Of a DNA stretch of 32,000 bases, positions 8,794 through 16,889 are shown piece after piece. The stretch comes from Massilicoli timonensis (GTDB lineage: Bacteria; Bacillota_I; Bacilli_A; Erysipelotrichales; Erysipelotrichaceae). Below the pieces are notes generated by a model. The model was not told the origin of the DNA, did no database searches, and worked only from the letters and a program-made list of their open reading frames with translations. A program made the translations under genes and the position numbers. The DNA lies in assembly GCF_900199515.1 (NCBI RefSeq), contig NZ_LT963434.1, forward strand, positions 1,832,180 to 1,864,179, in the 5' to 3' direction. Each line of letters begins with the position of its first letter. Position 1 is the stretch's first letter.

Positions 8794-8803
8794 GCATAGA
8801 AAA

Positions 8804-8840
8804 GGAGAAACGCCATGTTCGGGTTTCTCCTTTGCTTTTG
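8804..8840. terminator. Rho-independent terminator between convergent genes
   Basis: GGAGAAAC (8804-8811) / GTTTCTCC (8823-8830), then a T-rich tract. Confidence 0.75.
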
Positions 8841-8893
8841 TGCTGACATGTTAATTTCCGATTCGGTAGCAGAACGTGCTTGCTTAAATGCGA

Positions 8894-9469
8894 TCAATCG
8901 CGCTTGGTGTAGTAAAATTTCTTGCATAATACACTGTATAGCAAAGATGCGATGATAACGCTGGTAATCGCGTTGGTCAAGGTTGTCGCAGCAGTGAAAG
9001 CCGCAAACATCTTGGCTGCGGAATACGGTACGCCAAGCAGATAGTTTTTATAAAAGAATGATACGATCGGCTCGGCGATGACATTAAAAAGCATGCCGCA
9101 GGAAGAAGCGATCAACGCAAGCTTCAACGAGCGTTTTTGATCTTGGTGCGCATCGGCAAGCTTCAAGATGCGATGTGCCATAAAACCGGTAATGACGCCG
9201 ATCATAAATTTCAAAAAGATCGTCTTCGGCGCACTGGCGACATAAAGAGGATCCATGAGATCAGCGATCCCCATACCGATCGCACCGGCAAGACCGCCGG
9301 AAACCCCGCCGCATAAAAGCGCCGCAAGGACACAAAAGGTGTTGCCGAAATGGATCGCGGTCATCATATCGCCGACCGGAATATTGATCTTCAAATACAT
9401 AAAGCCGATGTAGCAGCATGCCGCAAGCAGCGCAGTGATGCTCATTTGTTTGACACTGATTTTTTTCAT
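8894..9469 (-). CDS. ECF-transporter S-component-like membrane protein; possibly a vitamin B6-related (PdxU-like) substrate-capture subunit
   Basis: 191 aa with ~6 TM. It has Gly-rich helices typical of ECF S components (HFGNTFCVLAALLCGGVSGGLAGAIGMGIADLM). It is divergent from a MocR/PdxR-type regulator. No ecfA/A'/T genes lie in the window. Substrate assignment comes from genomic context only. Confidence 0.6.
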   Translation of the reverse strand: MKKISVKQMSITALLAACCYIGFMYLKINIPVGDMMTAIHFGNTFCVLAALLCGGVSGGLAGAIGMGIADLMDPLYVASAPKTIFLKFMIGVITGFMAHRILKLADAHQDQKRSLKLALIASSCGMLFNVIAEPIVSFFYKNYLLGVPYSAAKMFAAFTAATTLTNAITSVIIASLLYSVLCKKFYYTKRD

Positions 9470-9489
9470 TCAGATACCTTCTTTCATTC

Positions 9490-9518
9490 TTGCATATTCT
9501 ATCATAATACTGTATATT
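9490..9518 (+). promoter_or_regulatory. Predicted promoter of the MocR-type regulator gene
   Basis: TTGCAT (9490-9495), 17-nt spacer, TATATT (9513-9518) preceded by TG (9511-9512). Confidence 0.5.
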
Positions 9519-9531
9519 AAAAAATATACAG
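9510..9531. promoter_or_regulatory. Perfect 9-4-9 palindrome CTGTATATT-AAAA-AATATACAG; candidate operator in the divergent promoter region
   Basis: Read directly from the sequence. It overlaps the predicted -10 of the regulator gene and lies ~40 nt upstream of the S-component start codon. Confidence 0.5.
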
Positions 9532-9565
9532 AAAATAAATAAATTTGGGATACAGAGGAATGGAT

Positions 9566-10894
9566 ATGGACTATGTTTGGATGCAGTTTGAGAAACAAAA
9601 AGGGAAAGCGCTCTATCAGCAAATTCATGATTTTTTCGTAGAACAGTTATTAAGCGGTTATTGGAAGCAGGGCGATCATTTGCCTTCGATCCGCCGTTGT
9701 GCCGGTCTTTTGTCGGTATCGCTTACTTCTATTAAAAATGCTTATGCACAGTTGGAGGAGGAAGGCTATATTGAAGCGCTGCCGCGGCAGGGTTACTTTG
9801 TTTGTGTAAGTGAAGCAGGGGTAAATCTAAGAAAAGAACTGCTGCGCAGCGATGAAACAGAACAAAAGCCGCATTTCCAATATGATTTTAAGACATCGGC
9901 GATCGATGAGGCGAGCTTTGATTCCCTGAATTGGAAACGCTGTGTGCGTTTCGCCATGGAACAGGAGGATCTTTTGGAATATGGAGAGGTGCAGGGAGAG
10001 ACCGTGCTGCGTAAAGCTTTGCAGCGTCATGCGTACGGGTACCGCGGCATTGCCTGTCATGAAGATCAGATTCTAGTAGGAGCAAGCGTGCAGACGCTGC
10101 TGTATCAGCTTTGCGGCTTATTAGGCAAAAGAAAAATCATTTATATGCACACACCGCCCTTTTCACAGGCAAAGCAGGTATTTGAGGACTGTGGATGGGA
10201 AGTGCATTTATGCGATGTAACGGCGCTCACCCAAAACGACTGGGAAAAGATGTCTTTTCTATATTTGCATACGGTTGCATTCGGGGATGAGAAAGCACCA
10301 ATGCCAAGGCATTTGCGTAAAACGTATTGTGAATTAGCCAAACGGCATCATGTATATTTGATCGAAGATGATAAAAACGGGGAACTGCGTTATGTAAGAA
10401 GGAGTGAGAGCGCTTTGTTTGCGGCTGATGAAGGGGAACGGGTCATCTACCTCAGCACTTTCTCCAAACTGCTGGCGCCGTCCTTACGGATCGCTTATAT
10501 GATCCTGCCGCAGCCGTTAAAGCAACGCTATGAGGCGAAAAAAAGTGATTATAATCCGACTGCCTCTAAGATGGAGCAATTAGCATTGGCACGTTATTTG
10601 ACCAATGCGCACATGGAAAAGCATTTGAATCAGCTGCGGAAACGCTATGCCGAGAAGTATCGTAAAATGGCAGAACTGCTGCAGCGATCGGTACCGCATT
10701 GGGAATGGGTGCTGCATGAAACAGCTTTGCGTATCCATGTTCGCAAGGCATCCGTATTACCTGATGAAATACCCGAAGAAATCGCTTATGATGAAAATGC
10801 AGAAGAAATCATCTTGTCTTTTGCGAAAATCGACAGTAAAGATATGGAAAAGGCCTTTCAGCTGTTTGCCGATCATAAAATGGCAGGAAAATGA
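9566..10894 (+). CDS. MocR-subfamily GntR transcriptional regulator (HTH + class-I aminotransferase-like PLP domain), PdxR-like
   Basis: N-terminal GntR winged HTH (LPSIRRCAGLLSVSLTSIKNAYAQLEEEGYIEALPRQGYFV). The C-terminal fold-type-I domain carries the PLP-lysine motif STFSK. The start is probably ATG 9566, 7 nt after GAGG; the ORF track uses TTG 9545. Confidence 0.85.
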   Translation: MDYVWMQFEKQKGKALYQQIHDFFVEQLLSGYWKQGDHLPSIRRCAGLLSVSLTSIKNAYAQLEEEGYIEALPRQGYFVCVSEAGVNLRKELLRSDETEQKPHFQYDFKTSAIDEASFDSLNWKRCVRFAMEQEDLLEYGEVQGETVLRKALQRHAYGYRGIACHEDQILVGASVQTLLYQLCGLLGKRKIIYMHTPPFSQAKQVFEDCGWEVHLCDVTALTQNDWEKMSFLYLHTVAFGDEKAPMPRHLRKTYCELAKRHHVYLIEDDKNGELRYVRRSESALFAADEGERVIYLSTFSKLLAPSLRIAYMILPQPLKQRYEAKKSDYNPTASKMEQLALARYLTNAHMEKHLNQLRKRYAEKYRKMAELLQRSVPHWEWVLHETALRIHVRKASVLPDEIPEEIAYDENAEEIILSFAKIDSKDMEKAFQLFADHKMAGK

Positions 10895-10953
10895 TAACGT
10901 GTGTTTCTGTCTTTCTCCAGCATGCTTCTTGTGGAGGAGGCTCATTTTTGCTG

Positions 10954-10982
10954 TTGCAAGAATGGATGGATAATGATATAAT
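10954..10982 (+). promoter_or_regulatory. Sigma-A-type promoter of the tRNA operon
   Basis: TTGCAA (10954-10959), 17-nt spacer, TATAAT (10977-10982). Confidence 0.7.
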
Positions 10983-11040
10983 ATCTTGGCTTGATAAAGC
11001 AGTATTTACGATCTGGAAGAATATGGGTTTCCATACAATT

Positions 11041-11115
11041 CCGCTTATAGTATAAGGGATAGTACGAACCCCTCCTAAGGGTTAGATTCAGGTTCGAGTC
11101 CTGATAAGCGGGCCA
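11041..11115 (+). tRNA. tRNA-Arg (anticodon CCT)
   Basis: Hand-folded cloverleaf. Acceptor CCGCTTA/TAAGCGG, D stem GTAT/GTAC, anticodon stem AACCC/GGGTT with loop CTCCTAA, T arm TCAGG-TTCGAGT-CCTGA, encoded CCA. Confidence 0.9.
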
Positions 11116-11149
11116 TATTTAGGGATCCACTACCAGACAGTATCATCTT

Positions 11150-11224
11150 GCGTCCATGGTGAAAAGGATATCACATCAGATTCCGGTTCTGATATTGCGG
11201 GTTCGATTCCTGCTGGGCGCGCCA
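11150..11224 (+). tRNA. tRNA-Arg (anticodon CCG)
   Basis: Acceptor GCGTCCA/TGGGCGC, D stem GTGA/TCAC, anticodon stem TCAGA/TCTGA with loop TTCCGGT, T arm GCGGG-TTCGATT-CCTGC, encoded CCA. Confidence 0.9.
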
Positions 11225-11230
11225 TTTTTC

Positions 11231-11316
11231 GCAGATGTGGTGGAATGGCAGACACGCTACTTTGAGGGGGTAGTGGGCGTATGCCCGTGTGGGTTCAAGT
11301 CCCATCGTCTGCACCA
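11231..11316 (+). tRNA. tRNA-Leu (anticodon GAG), class II with a long variable arm
   Basis: Acceptor GCAGATG/CGTCTGC, anticodon stem CTACT/GGTAG with loop TTGAGGG, 15-nt variable arm (TGGGCGTATGCCCGT), T arm GTGGG-TTCAAGT-CCCAT, encoded CCA. Confidence 0.9.
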
Positions 11317-11326
11317 GTTATCGATG

Positions 11327-11349
11327 AAGTCCCAAAAGGGACTTTTTTC
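11327..11349 (+). terminator. Rho-independent terminator after the tRNA operon
   Basis: AAGTCCC (11327-11333), AAAA loop, GGGACTT (11338-11344), then a T-run. Confidence 0.8.
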
Positions 11350-11395
11350 AAAAACAAGGACATATAGTAAAAAGAAGCGGAAAGGAGCCTGTTTC

Positions 11396-11692
11396 ATGAA
11401 AGTAGTAAAAACCCCATCGTCTGTTTATGTGCTGTACGCACTTGCGATCGTTTTTTTATGTATTGCCACTTTTGAGATCTTTGGCTGTTACAGCGATATT
11501 CGATCTTTGATCGATTCTAATGATTTGATCGTATCGGAAAACATGACGTTCATTATTTCTTATTATCTGGAGCATGTTTCCGTGTATTTCGGCATCGCTT
11601 TTTTGCTTTATGCGGCAGGTGTGATCAGCGCTAAGCTCAATGAAGTGCATCAGGTCGTCTATCAGATGGCGGAAAAAAGCAAAGATAAATAA
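11396..11692 (+). CDS. Small membrane protein (98 aa, 2 TM), unknown function
   Basis: RBS AAAGGAG lies 8-9 nt upstream of ATG 11396 (MKVVKTPSSVYVLYALAIVFLCIATF...). The upstream 80 codons of track ORF 11156..11692 run through the tRNA genes and are an artefact. Confidence 0.7.
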   Translation: MKVVKTPSSVYVLYALAIVFLCIATFEIFGCYSDIRSLIDSNDLIVSENMTFIISYYLEHVSVYFGIAFLLYAAGVISAKLNEVHQVVYQMAEKSKDK

Positions 11693-11792
11693 AGGAAGGG
11701 AAACAGGAGCGATCCTGTTTTTTGTTTTTCTGTGATTTTCATTGTATGCGATCTGTGGTATGATATTTTTGCATGTGCAAGGAGTGAGAACA

Positions 11793-12518
11793 TTGAAATA
11801 TGGAAAAACAGCGCTGTGCATCTTGAGTGCGGCAGGCTTGATCATTACGATCTTATTGACCTGTGTCGATCATTTTGCGTTTCGGCGTTCCTTTTTTGAA
11901 AAACAATATCAGAAATTAAATACCGCACAGGACATGAATATGTCAAAGCAGGATCTGATGCGTGCTACCGATGTACTGCTGGACTATTTGAAAGATGAAC
12001 GTGATGACATTTCTTTACAGGTTGTCGCAGCGGAAGAAAAAGTGGAAATGTTTAATGAAAGAGAAACAGCACATATGGTCGATGTCAAAAATCTGTATCA
12101 GGGAGCGATGCAGGTGCGCTTCTATGCGTTTTTGATCACCCTTGTTGCTTTTGCGCTCCTGTTTTGGAAAGCACGAAAAGATCTGTTGTTTGCGTTATGT
12201 TATCGCTATGTGCAGTGTGCGATCGCAGCGGTGGTGATCGCCGGTGTGCTGGGCTTATGGATCATGAGTGATTTCACGGCCTTTTGGACGAATTTTCACC
12301 GACTGTTCTTCAGCAATGATCTTTGGCTGCTGAATCCGGCTACGGATCGAATGATCCAGATGTTTCCGGAACCGTTTTTCTTTGCAATGGTAAGCAGGAT
12401 CGTGCTTGCCTTTGCCATCGTATTCCTCACTTTATTTGGCTTGTCGCTTTACTACCTCAAGCACGTAATGAAAAAGCAGAAAGGAGCAGTGTATGCGCAG
12501 GATCATATTGGCAAGTGA
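11793..12518 (+). CDS. TIGR01906/DUF1461-family integral membrane protein (Lit-like, lipoprotein intramolecular transacylase family)
   Basis: The topology is an N-terminal TM, a ~100-aa loop and three C-terminal TMs. C-terminal motif FHRLFFSNDLWLLNPATDRMIQMFPEPFF. The family was assigned from recalled hallmarks, not a search. The likely start is TTG 11793, 8 nt after GGAG. Confidence 0.55.
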   Translation: MKYGKTALCILSAAGLIITILLTCVDHFAFRRSFFEKQYQKLNTAQDMNMSKQDLMRATDVLLDYLKDERDDISLQVVAAEEKVEMFNERETAHMVDVKNLYQGAMQVRFYAFLITLVAFALLFWKARKDLLFALCYRYVQCAIAAVVIAGVLGLWIMSDFTAFWTNFHRLFFSNDLWLLNPATDRMIQMFPEPFFFAMVSRIVLAFAIVFLTLFGLSLYYLKHVMKKQKGAVYAQDHIGK

Positions 12519-13053
12519 AAGTCCGCGTCGCCGGGAACTGATGGCGAAGCTGGATGTTCCTTTTACGGTAAAAGGAGCACAGATCGACGAAACATTGAAC
12601 AAAGAGCTTCCGCTGTATGAAGCGATCGAGGATATCGCGTATCGCAAAGCAGCGGCAGTGGCAAAAAAATATCCGCAGGAGTGGATCGTTTCAGCAGATA
12701 CGATCGTTTGTCTGGACGATCAAGTGATGGGAAAACCGCAAGATGAACAACAGGCGGAAATGATGTTGAAACGCTTATCAGGCAGAACGCATCAAGTCAT
12801 CACTGCTGTTTGTATTTATGACGGCAAAACGGCACACCTCTTTCATGAAGTCAGTAAAGTAACCTTCTATGCGCTCTCAGAAGAAGAAATAAAGGCGTAT
12901 ATTGCCACAAAAGAACCTCTTGATAAAGCAGGCGCATACGGAATTCAAGGAAAAGGTGCATTTTTAGTTGAAAAAATCGAAGGGGACTATTATAATATAG
13001 TAGGTCTACCGATTGCCCGACTGAAACGGGAAATGGAAGACTGTCTGAAATAG
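12493..13053 (+). CDS. maf: Maf-like nucleoside-triphosphate pyrophosphatase / septum formation protein
   Basis: N-terminus MRRIILASESPRRRELM plus SADTIV, GKP and AYGIQG motifs. 186 aa. RBS AAAGGAG. Overlaps the upstream gene by 26 nt. Confidence 0.9.
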   Translation: MRRIILASESPRRRELMAKLDVPFTVKGAQIDETLNKELPLYEAIEDIAYRKAAAVAKKYPQEWIVSADTIVCLDDQVMGKPQDEQQAEMMLKRLSGRTHQVITAVCIYDGKTAHLFHEVSKVTFYALSEEEIKAYIATKEPLDKAGAYGIQGKGAFLVEKIEGDYYNIVGLPIARLKREMEDCLK

Positions 13054-13062
13054 TTTCCATTC

Positions 13063-13136
13063 GCCGCTATAGTATAATGGTAATACACGTCCATGGTAAG
13101 GATGAACTCGTGGTTCAATTCCGCGTAGCGGCACCA
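13063..13136 (+). tRNA. tRNA-Thr (anticodon GGT)
   Basis: Acceptor GCCGCTA/TAGCGGC, D stem GTAT/ATAC, anticodon stem CGTCC/GGATG with loop ATGGTAA, T arm CGTGG-TTCAATT-CCGCG, encoded CCA. Confidence 0.9.
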
Positions 13137-13148
13137 TTTAGAAAACAG

Positions 13149-13174
13149 CCTCTTGTAAAAGAGGTTTTTATTTT
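13149..13174 (+). terminator. Rho-independent terminator
   Basis: CCTCTT (13149-13154), GTAA loop, AAGAGG (13159-13164), then TTTTTATTTT. Confidence 0.8.
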
Positions 13175-13254
13175 GTGCATAAACGCTCGCTCAGTAGTAG
13201 ATTCATGAAGATGCATGCCTTCCCGGCTGCACATAAAAAATTTTATAGAAACGC

Positions 13255-13285
13255 TTGACCTAAAGTTAAGTTTAGCATCTATAAT
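13255..13285 (+). promoter_or_regulatory. Promoter with a 19-nt spacer containing a near-palindrome (MerR-type architecture)
   Basis: TTGACC (13255-13260), 19-nt spacer, TATAAT (13280-13285). The dyad CTAAAGTT/AAGTTTAG (13260-13275) matches in 7 of 8 symmetric positions and sits inside the spacer. Confidence 0.5.
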
Positions 13286-13291
13286 GAAAAC

Positions 13292-13352
13292 GGTAAGAGC
13301 AGAAGCAGCTTATCTGTTGATAAGCGCAATCCATGTAGGATTACTGCTTACC
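13292..13352 (+). promoter_or_regulatory. Structured 5' leader (predicted three-way junction) upstream of the hydrolase gene
   Basis: P1 pairs GGTAAG..CAG (13292-13302) with CTG/CTTACC (13344-13352). P2 is GCTTATC-TGTT-GATAAGC (13308-13325). P3 is AATCC-ATGTA-GGATT (13328-13342). Folded by eye; no known riboswitch class recognised. Confidence 0.3.
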
Positions 13353-13377
13353 CGCAGAAAGAAAGAAGGTTGAAATA

Positions 13378-14367
13378 ATGAATGAAACATTGGTATTAGA
13401 AAAAGCATGGGATAAGACGTTCCCTAAAAGCGATCAGGTAATTACAAAGAAAGTAACCTTTCACAATCGCTATGGCATTACTTTGGCGGCAGATTTGTAT
13501 ATGCCAAAAGAAGTAAGCGGGAAACAGCCGGCGATTGCCGTGTGCGGTCCTTTCGGTGCGGTAAAAGAACAATGTGCCGGACTGTATGCCCAAACGATGG
13601 CGGAAAGAGGATTTCTTACATTGGCGTTTGATCCTTCCTTTACCGGTGAAAGCGGAGGGATGCCACGCTATATGGCAAGTCCCGATATCAACACCGAGGA
13701 CTTTCAGGCAGCCGTGGATTTTCTGTCTGTCATGGATGAGGTCGATCATGACAAGATCGGTATTTTAGGAATTTGCGGATGGGGCGGTATGGCGCTGAAT
13801 ACAGCCAGCTTAGATACCAGAATCAAAGCAACTGTCGCGATGACGATGTATGATATGGCAAGAGTGAATGCAAACGGTTATTTCGATGAAGGCGATCAGG
13901 AAGAAACCCGCTATCAGTTAAAAAAGACGTTGAATGAACAAAGAGTCATGGATTATCGAAACGGTACCTATGCCCGTGCAGGCGGCTGTATGGAATTGCC
14001 GGTTGCCGATGACGCACCGTTTTTCGTGAAAGATTACAGCGCCTATTATAAAGGCAGAGCTTATCATAAACGAAGTCTGAACTCTAATGAAGGCTGGAAC
14101 CAGATCGGCTGCATGTCCTTTATCAATCAGCCGATCCTGCGCTATACAAACGAGATCAGAAGTGCCGTGCTGTTAGTGCATGGAGAAAAGGCACATTCCT
14201 GCTACTTCAGCAAAGATGCTTATGCGGCAATGATCAAAGACTCTTCATATACCGACAACAAAGAACTGCTGTTGATCCCGGGTGCGGTGCATACCGATCT
14301 CTATGACAATTTGGACGTTATCCCATTTGATAAGCTGGAAGCTTTCTTCCGTGAACACTTAAAGTAA
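13378..14367 (+). CDS. Alpha/beta-fold hydrolase (329 aa)
   Basis: RBS AGAAGG lies 8 nt upstream. It has the alpha/beta hydrolase layout with a nucleophile-elbow-like GILGICGWGG and a C-terminal HTDLY (candidate His). A classical GxSxG is not evident. Confidence 0.7.
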   Translation: MNETLVLEKAWDKTFPKSDQVITKKVTFHNRYGITLAADLYMPKEVSGKQPAIAVCGPFGAVKEQCAGLYAQTMAERGFLTLAFDPSFTGESGGMPRYMASPDINTEDFQAAVDFLSVMDEVDHDKIGILGICGWGGMALNTASLDTRIKATVAMTMYDMARVNANGYFDEGDQEETRYQLKKTLNEQRVMDYRNGTYARAGGCMELPVADDAPFFVKDYSAYYKGRAYHKRSLNSNEGWNQIGCMSFINQPILRYTNEIRSAVLLVHGEKAHSCYFSKDAYAAMIKDSSYTDNKELLLIPGAVHTDLYDNLDVIPFDKLEAFFREHLK

Positions 14368-14370
14368 CGA

Positions 14371-14412
14371 AAAAAAAGCAAGCCGTGTTTTGATGCAAGC
14401 GACTTGCTTTTT
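14371..14412. terminator. Bidirectional terminator between convergent genes
   Basis: AAAAAGCAAG ... CTTGCTTTTT outer pairing with an inner GCAAG-CGA-CTTGC hairpin (14395-14407). It is flanked by an A-run and a T-run. Confidence 0.7.
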
Positions 14413-14429
14413 CCATTTCTAAAGACACA

Positions 14430-15083
14430 TCATAGCTGATAGACGACATCAGCGCGTTTACAGACAGGATCGGAGTGCGTTACGATGATGATGCATTTCT
14501 GCTCCTGTTTTGCCAGATCTACTAAAATATCCATGATCTCTCTTTCGGTTTCTTTATCCAAATTGCCGGTCGGTTCATCTGCTAAGATCAGTTTAGGCTC
14601 ATAAGACAAGCTCCTTGCAATGGCCACACGCTGCTGCTCGCCGCCGGATAATTTCAATACGCGACGATCTTTTTGATCTTCTGATAACCCGACTCGTTTC
14701 ATAAGCTCGACCGCTTTTTCTTTTTTATCGGGAATCGGGTACTGACTGACATTCATCGACAAGATGATATTTTCTGCGGCGCTTAAATGCGGAAGCAGAT
14801 TATAGCTTTGAAAGACGATGCCGATATCGCGGCTGCGGTAACGATCCAGATCGAATTGTCTTAATTCCCGCTCGCGAAAGTAAATGTTTCCTTCATAATC
14901 CGTTTCCAAGCCGCTAAGCAAAGAAAGCAGCGTGGTCTTGCCGCTTCCGCTTTTTCCCTTGATCGCATAGACAAGCCCTTTTTGGAAAGTGAAGTTCAGA
15001 TCTGTTAATACATATTCATTTTGTTTTGCGTCTTTATAGCGATAAGAAACATGTTCCATCGTTAAAATATTGTTGTTTTCCAT
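14430..15083 (-). CDS. ABC transporter ATP-binding protein, MacB/LolD-type
   Basis: Walker A GKSGSGKTT, signature LSGGEQQR, Walker B LILADEPT, H-loop VTHS. The start overlaps the permease stop (TAATG). Confidence 0.95.
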   Translation of the reverse strand: MENNNILTMEHVSYRYKDAKQNEYVLTDLNFTFQKGLVYAIKGKSGSGKTTLLSLLSGLETDYEGNIYFRERELRQFDLDRYRSRDIGIVFQSYNLLPHLSAAENIILSMNVSQYPIPDKKEKAVELMKRVGLSEDQKDRRVLKLSGGEQQRVAIARSLSYEPKLILADEPTGNLDKETEREIMDILVDLAKQEQKCIIIVTHSDPVCKRADVVYQL

Positions 15084-16567
15084 TATGTTCGCTCCTTTAA
15101 TATCGTTAGCGGTGAGAATCTTTGAATGCTGATCATCGCACTGAGAGAGCTAATGACGGTAAGGGCCAGTCCGATTCCCAAAAGCTGTATCACTACCTGT
15201 ATATCGACAACGGCGTCGATGCTGTTAAATGCCTGTAATTCGATGACGCCCTGAAAGTTGTTTTTTCCCGTATCAGGACCTTGTTCAGGCATTTCTCCTT
15301 GATCTGGAATCATCTCTTTTCCATTGCCGCCGAAATGATCACGTATCGACTGCTGTTCATTCTGTGCGGAAGCAATTTCATTTTCCAGCATGTAATTCGA
15401 TACCGGAACACTGATCGCCGCACCGATTCCCGCACCTAATAACAGCGATAAAAGCGATACGATCAGCAGTTCGCTGATGAATTGAAGGCAGACCTTTGAT
15501 TTTTTCATACCGATCGTTCGCAGTACGCCGATCTCATACTTGCGTTCGCGGATATTGATGAAATTAACGATCAGTAAGACGATCGTACCGATGATAAAGG
15601 TAATGATCAAAAAGGTGACAGAGAAAGTCTGCACATTGGCAATGGTGCTTGTGGCGCTCTCTACTTGATCGAGATTTGTCTGTACGCTTAAATATTCACT
15701 GAGCCCCTTTTCGCTTAATTCCGCACTGAACGCATCAACGACGCTGCTGTCCGTTAAAATGAAGGTCGGGGTAATGGAAACGCGCAGCGATTCACTTGCG
15801 GCGCTTATCTGTTCAACGACATGAGCGTTGGTGATGATGGTATTGACCGAGTTGGCAAACTGTTTCATACCGTTTTCCCGTTCGCTTTGTTCCTGATAAA
15901 TCCCGCTTACGGTCAAAGAATAAGTGATCGTTTCATCATTTGGATCGACTAATGTGATCTGGTCGCCTACCTGTATGTCGTTTAAGGTCGCCAGTTCCTC
16001 ATTCAGCAAACAAGTATCACTTTCAAAATCTGATGCGACTTCGCCATCGACGATCTGGTAGCTGCCCTCAATAAATTCATTCATTGCGGATAAAGAAGAA
16101 TAGCCTTGCAGGGTAAAATCTCCGCTTGCCATTTCTTCAAATTCCTGATCGCCTCTTTTCTGCTGCGGCATGCCCGCCATCGACTGTTCCGCTTTTTCCA
16201 GTGAAACGGCGTTCATTTCAGTATTCATGGTATAGTAATAGCTTTTCACATAGTCGCTGTCCGCATATGCCTCAATATCGGCGGCAGTGATGCTGCTGGC
16301 AGTTTGAAACACCTCATTCATGTCCGCTTTCGCATCTTCTCTGTTTTCCGGGTCAAAGTTTTGCATCATGTTTTCCCGATTCATTGCAATCGTTGCCTCT
16401 ACTTCATATTTATCCTCATAAGAAGCGATCAAGGCAGCAGACGCATGATCGATTGCCAAAGCCACAGATACGGCACAGGATATGACAAGGATCAAGATGC
16501 CGATCAGCAGGTTTCTGCCTTTGTTTCTGGTAATAGAAAGTGAGGCGTTTTTGAAAATATAGCGCAT
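15083..16567 (-). CDS. FtsX/MacB-type ABC permease (494 aa, single FtsX module with a large extracytoplasmic domain)
   Basis: RBS AGGAGGAAAC. N-terminal TM (LLIGILILVISCAVSVALAI), a ~290-aa external domain, then an FtsX TM bundle (RERKYEIGVLRTIGMKK...). Confidence 0.9.
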   Translation of the reverse strand: MRYIFKNASLSITRNKGRNLLIGILILVISCAVSVALAIDHASAALIASYEDKYEVEATIAMNRENMMQNFDPENREDAKADMNEVFQTASSITAADIEAYADSDYVKSYYYTMNTEMNAVSLEKAEQSMAGMPQQKRGDQEFEEMASGDFTLQGYSSLSAMNEFIEGSYQIVDGEVASDFESDTCLLNEELATLNDIQVGDQITLVDPNDETITYSLTVSGIYQEQSERENGMKQFANSVNTIITNAHVVEQISAASESLRVSITPTFILTDSSVVDAFSAELSEKGLSEYLSVQTNLDQVESATSTIANVQTFSVTFLIITFIIGTIVLLIVNFINIRERKYEIGVLRTIGMKKSKVCLQFISELLIVSLLSLLLGAGIGAAISVPVSNYMLENEIASAQNEQQSIRDHFGGNGKEMIPDQGEMPEQGPDTGKNNFQGVIELQAFNSIDAVVDIQVVIQLLGIGLALTVISSLSAMISIQRFSPLTILKERT

Positions 16568-16878
16568 TTAGTTTCCTCCTTTACGCGCTTACCAGTATAG
16601 TACCGAACCCTTAAAATAAGATGAAAGATCAAAAGAAATTGCTTTTTATTTGATTATTTTTTCATGTTCGTATGGCACATAGTACAAAGCATGGGATCGG
16701 TATCATTCGATGTAGATAAATATGGGGAAATATGGTATAGTGTAAACAAGCAAAGATAGCGTCTGTAAAGAAGAACAGACGAGAAGGAGGAAAAGATGAA
16801 AAAGAAAGTATCGTTGCTTTTGGCAAGTCTGTGCCTGATGCTGGGCATGGTAGTCAAGTCGAACATGATTTTTGCCCA

Positions 16879-16889
16879 GGGGGGGGGGG
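16879..16889 (+). repeat. Homopolymeric G11 tract
   Basis: Counted directly: g16879-g16889, flanked by a16878 and t16890. Confidence 0.95.

Noticed and set aside
11156-11395. N-terminal 80 codons of track ORF 11156..11692
   Set aside because: This stretch runs straight through tRNA-Arg(CCG), tRNA-Leu(GAG) and their terminator. The real CDS starts at ATG 11396, which has its own RBS.
12493-12518. 26-nt overlap between the DUF1461-like gene and maf as a possible frameshift or fusion
   Set aside because: Both ORFs are complete, and maf has its own RBS (AAAGGAG) and a canonical N-terminus. This is an ordinary overlapping gene pair.
10954-13200. tRNA-flanked genomic island or prophage remnant
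   Set aside because: No integrase, recombinase, transposase or tRNA 3'-end direct repeat was found. The flanking genes (maf, the Lit-like gene, the hydrolase) look like ordinary chromosomal genes.
16831-16878. ATG 16831 as the true start of the surface-protein ORF
   Set aside because: It has no RBS, and the resulting N-terminus (MPDAGHGSQVEHDFCPGGGG) has no export signal. A perfect RBS plus signal peptide exists in the neighbouring frame, joined at the G tract.
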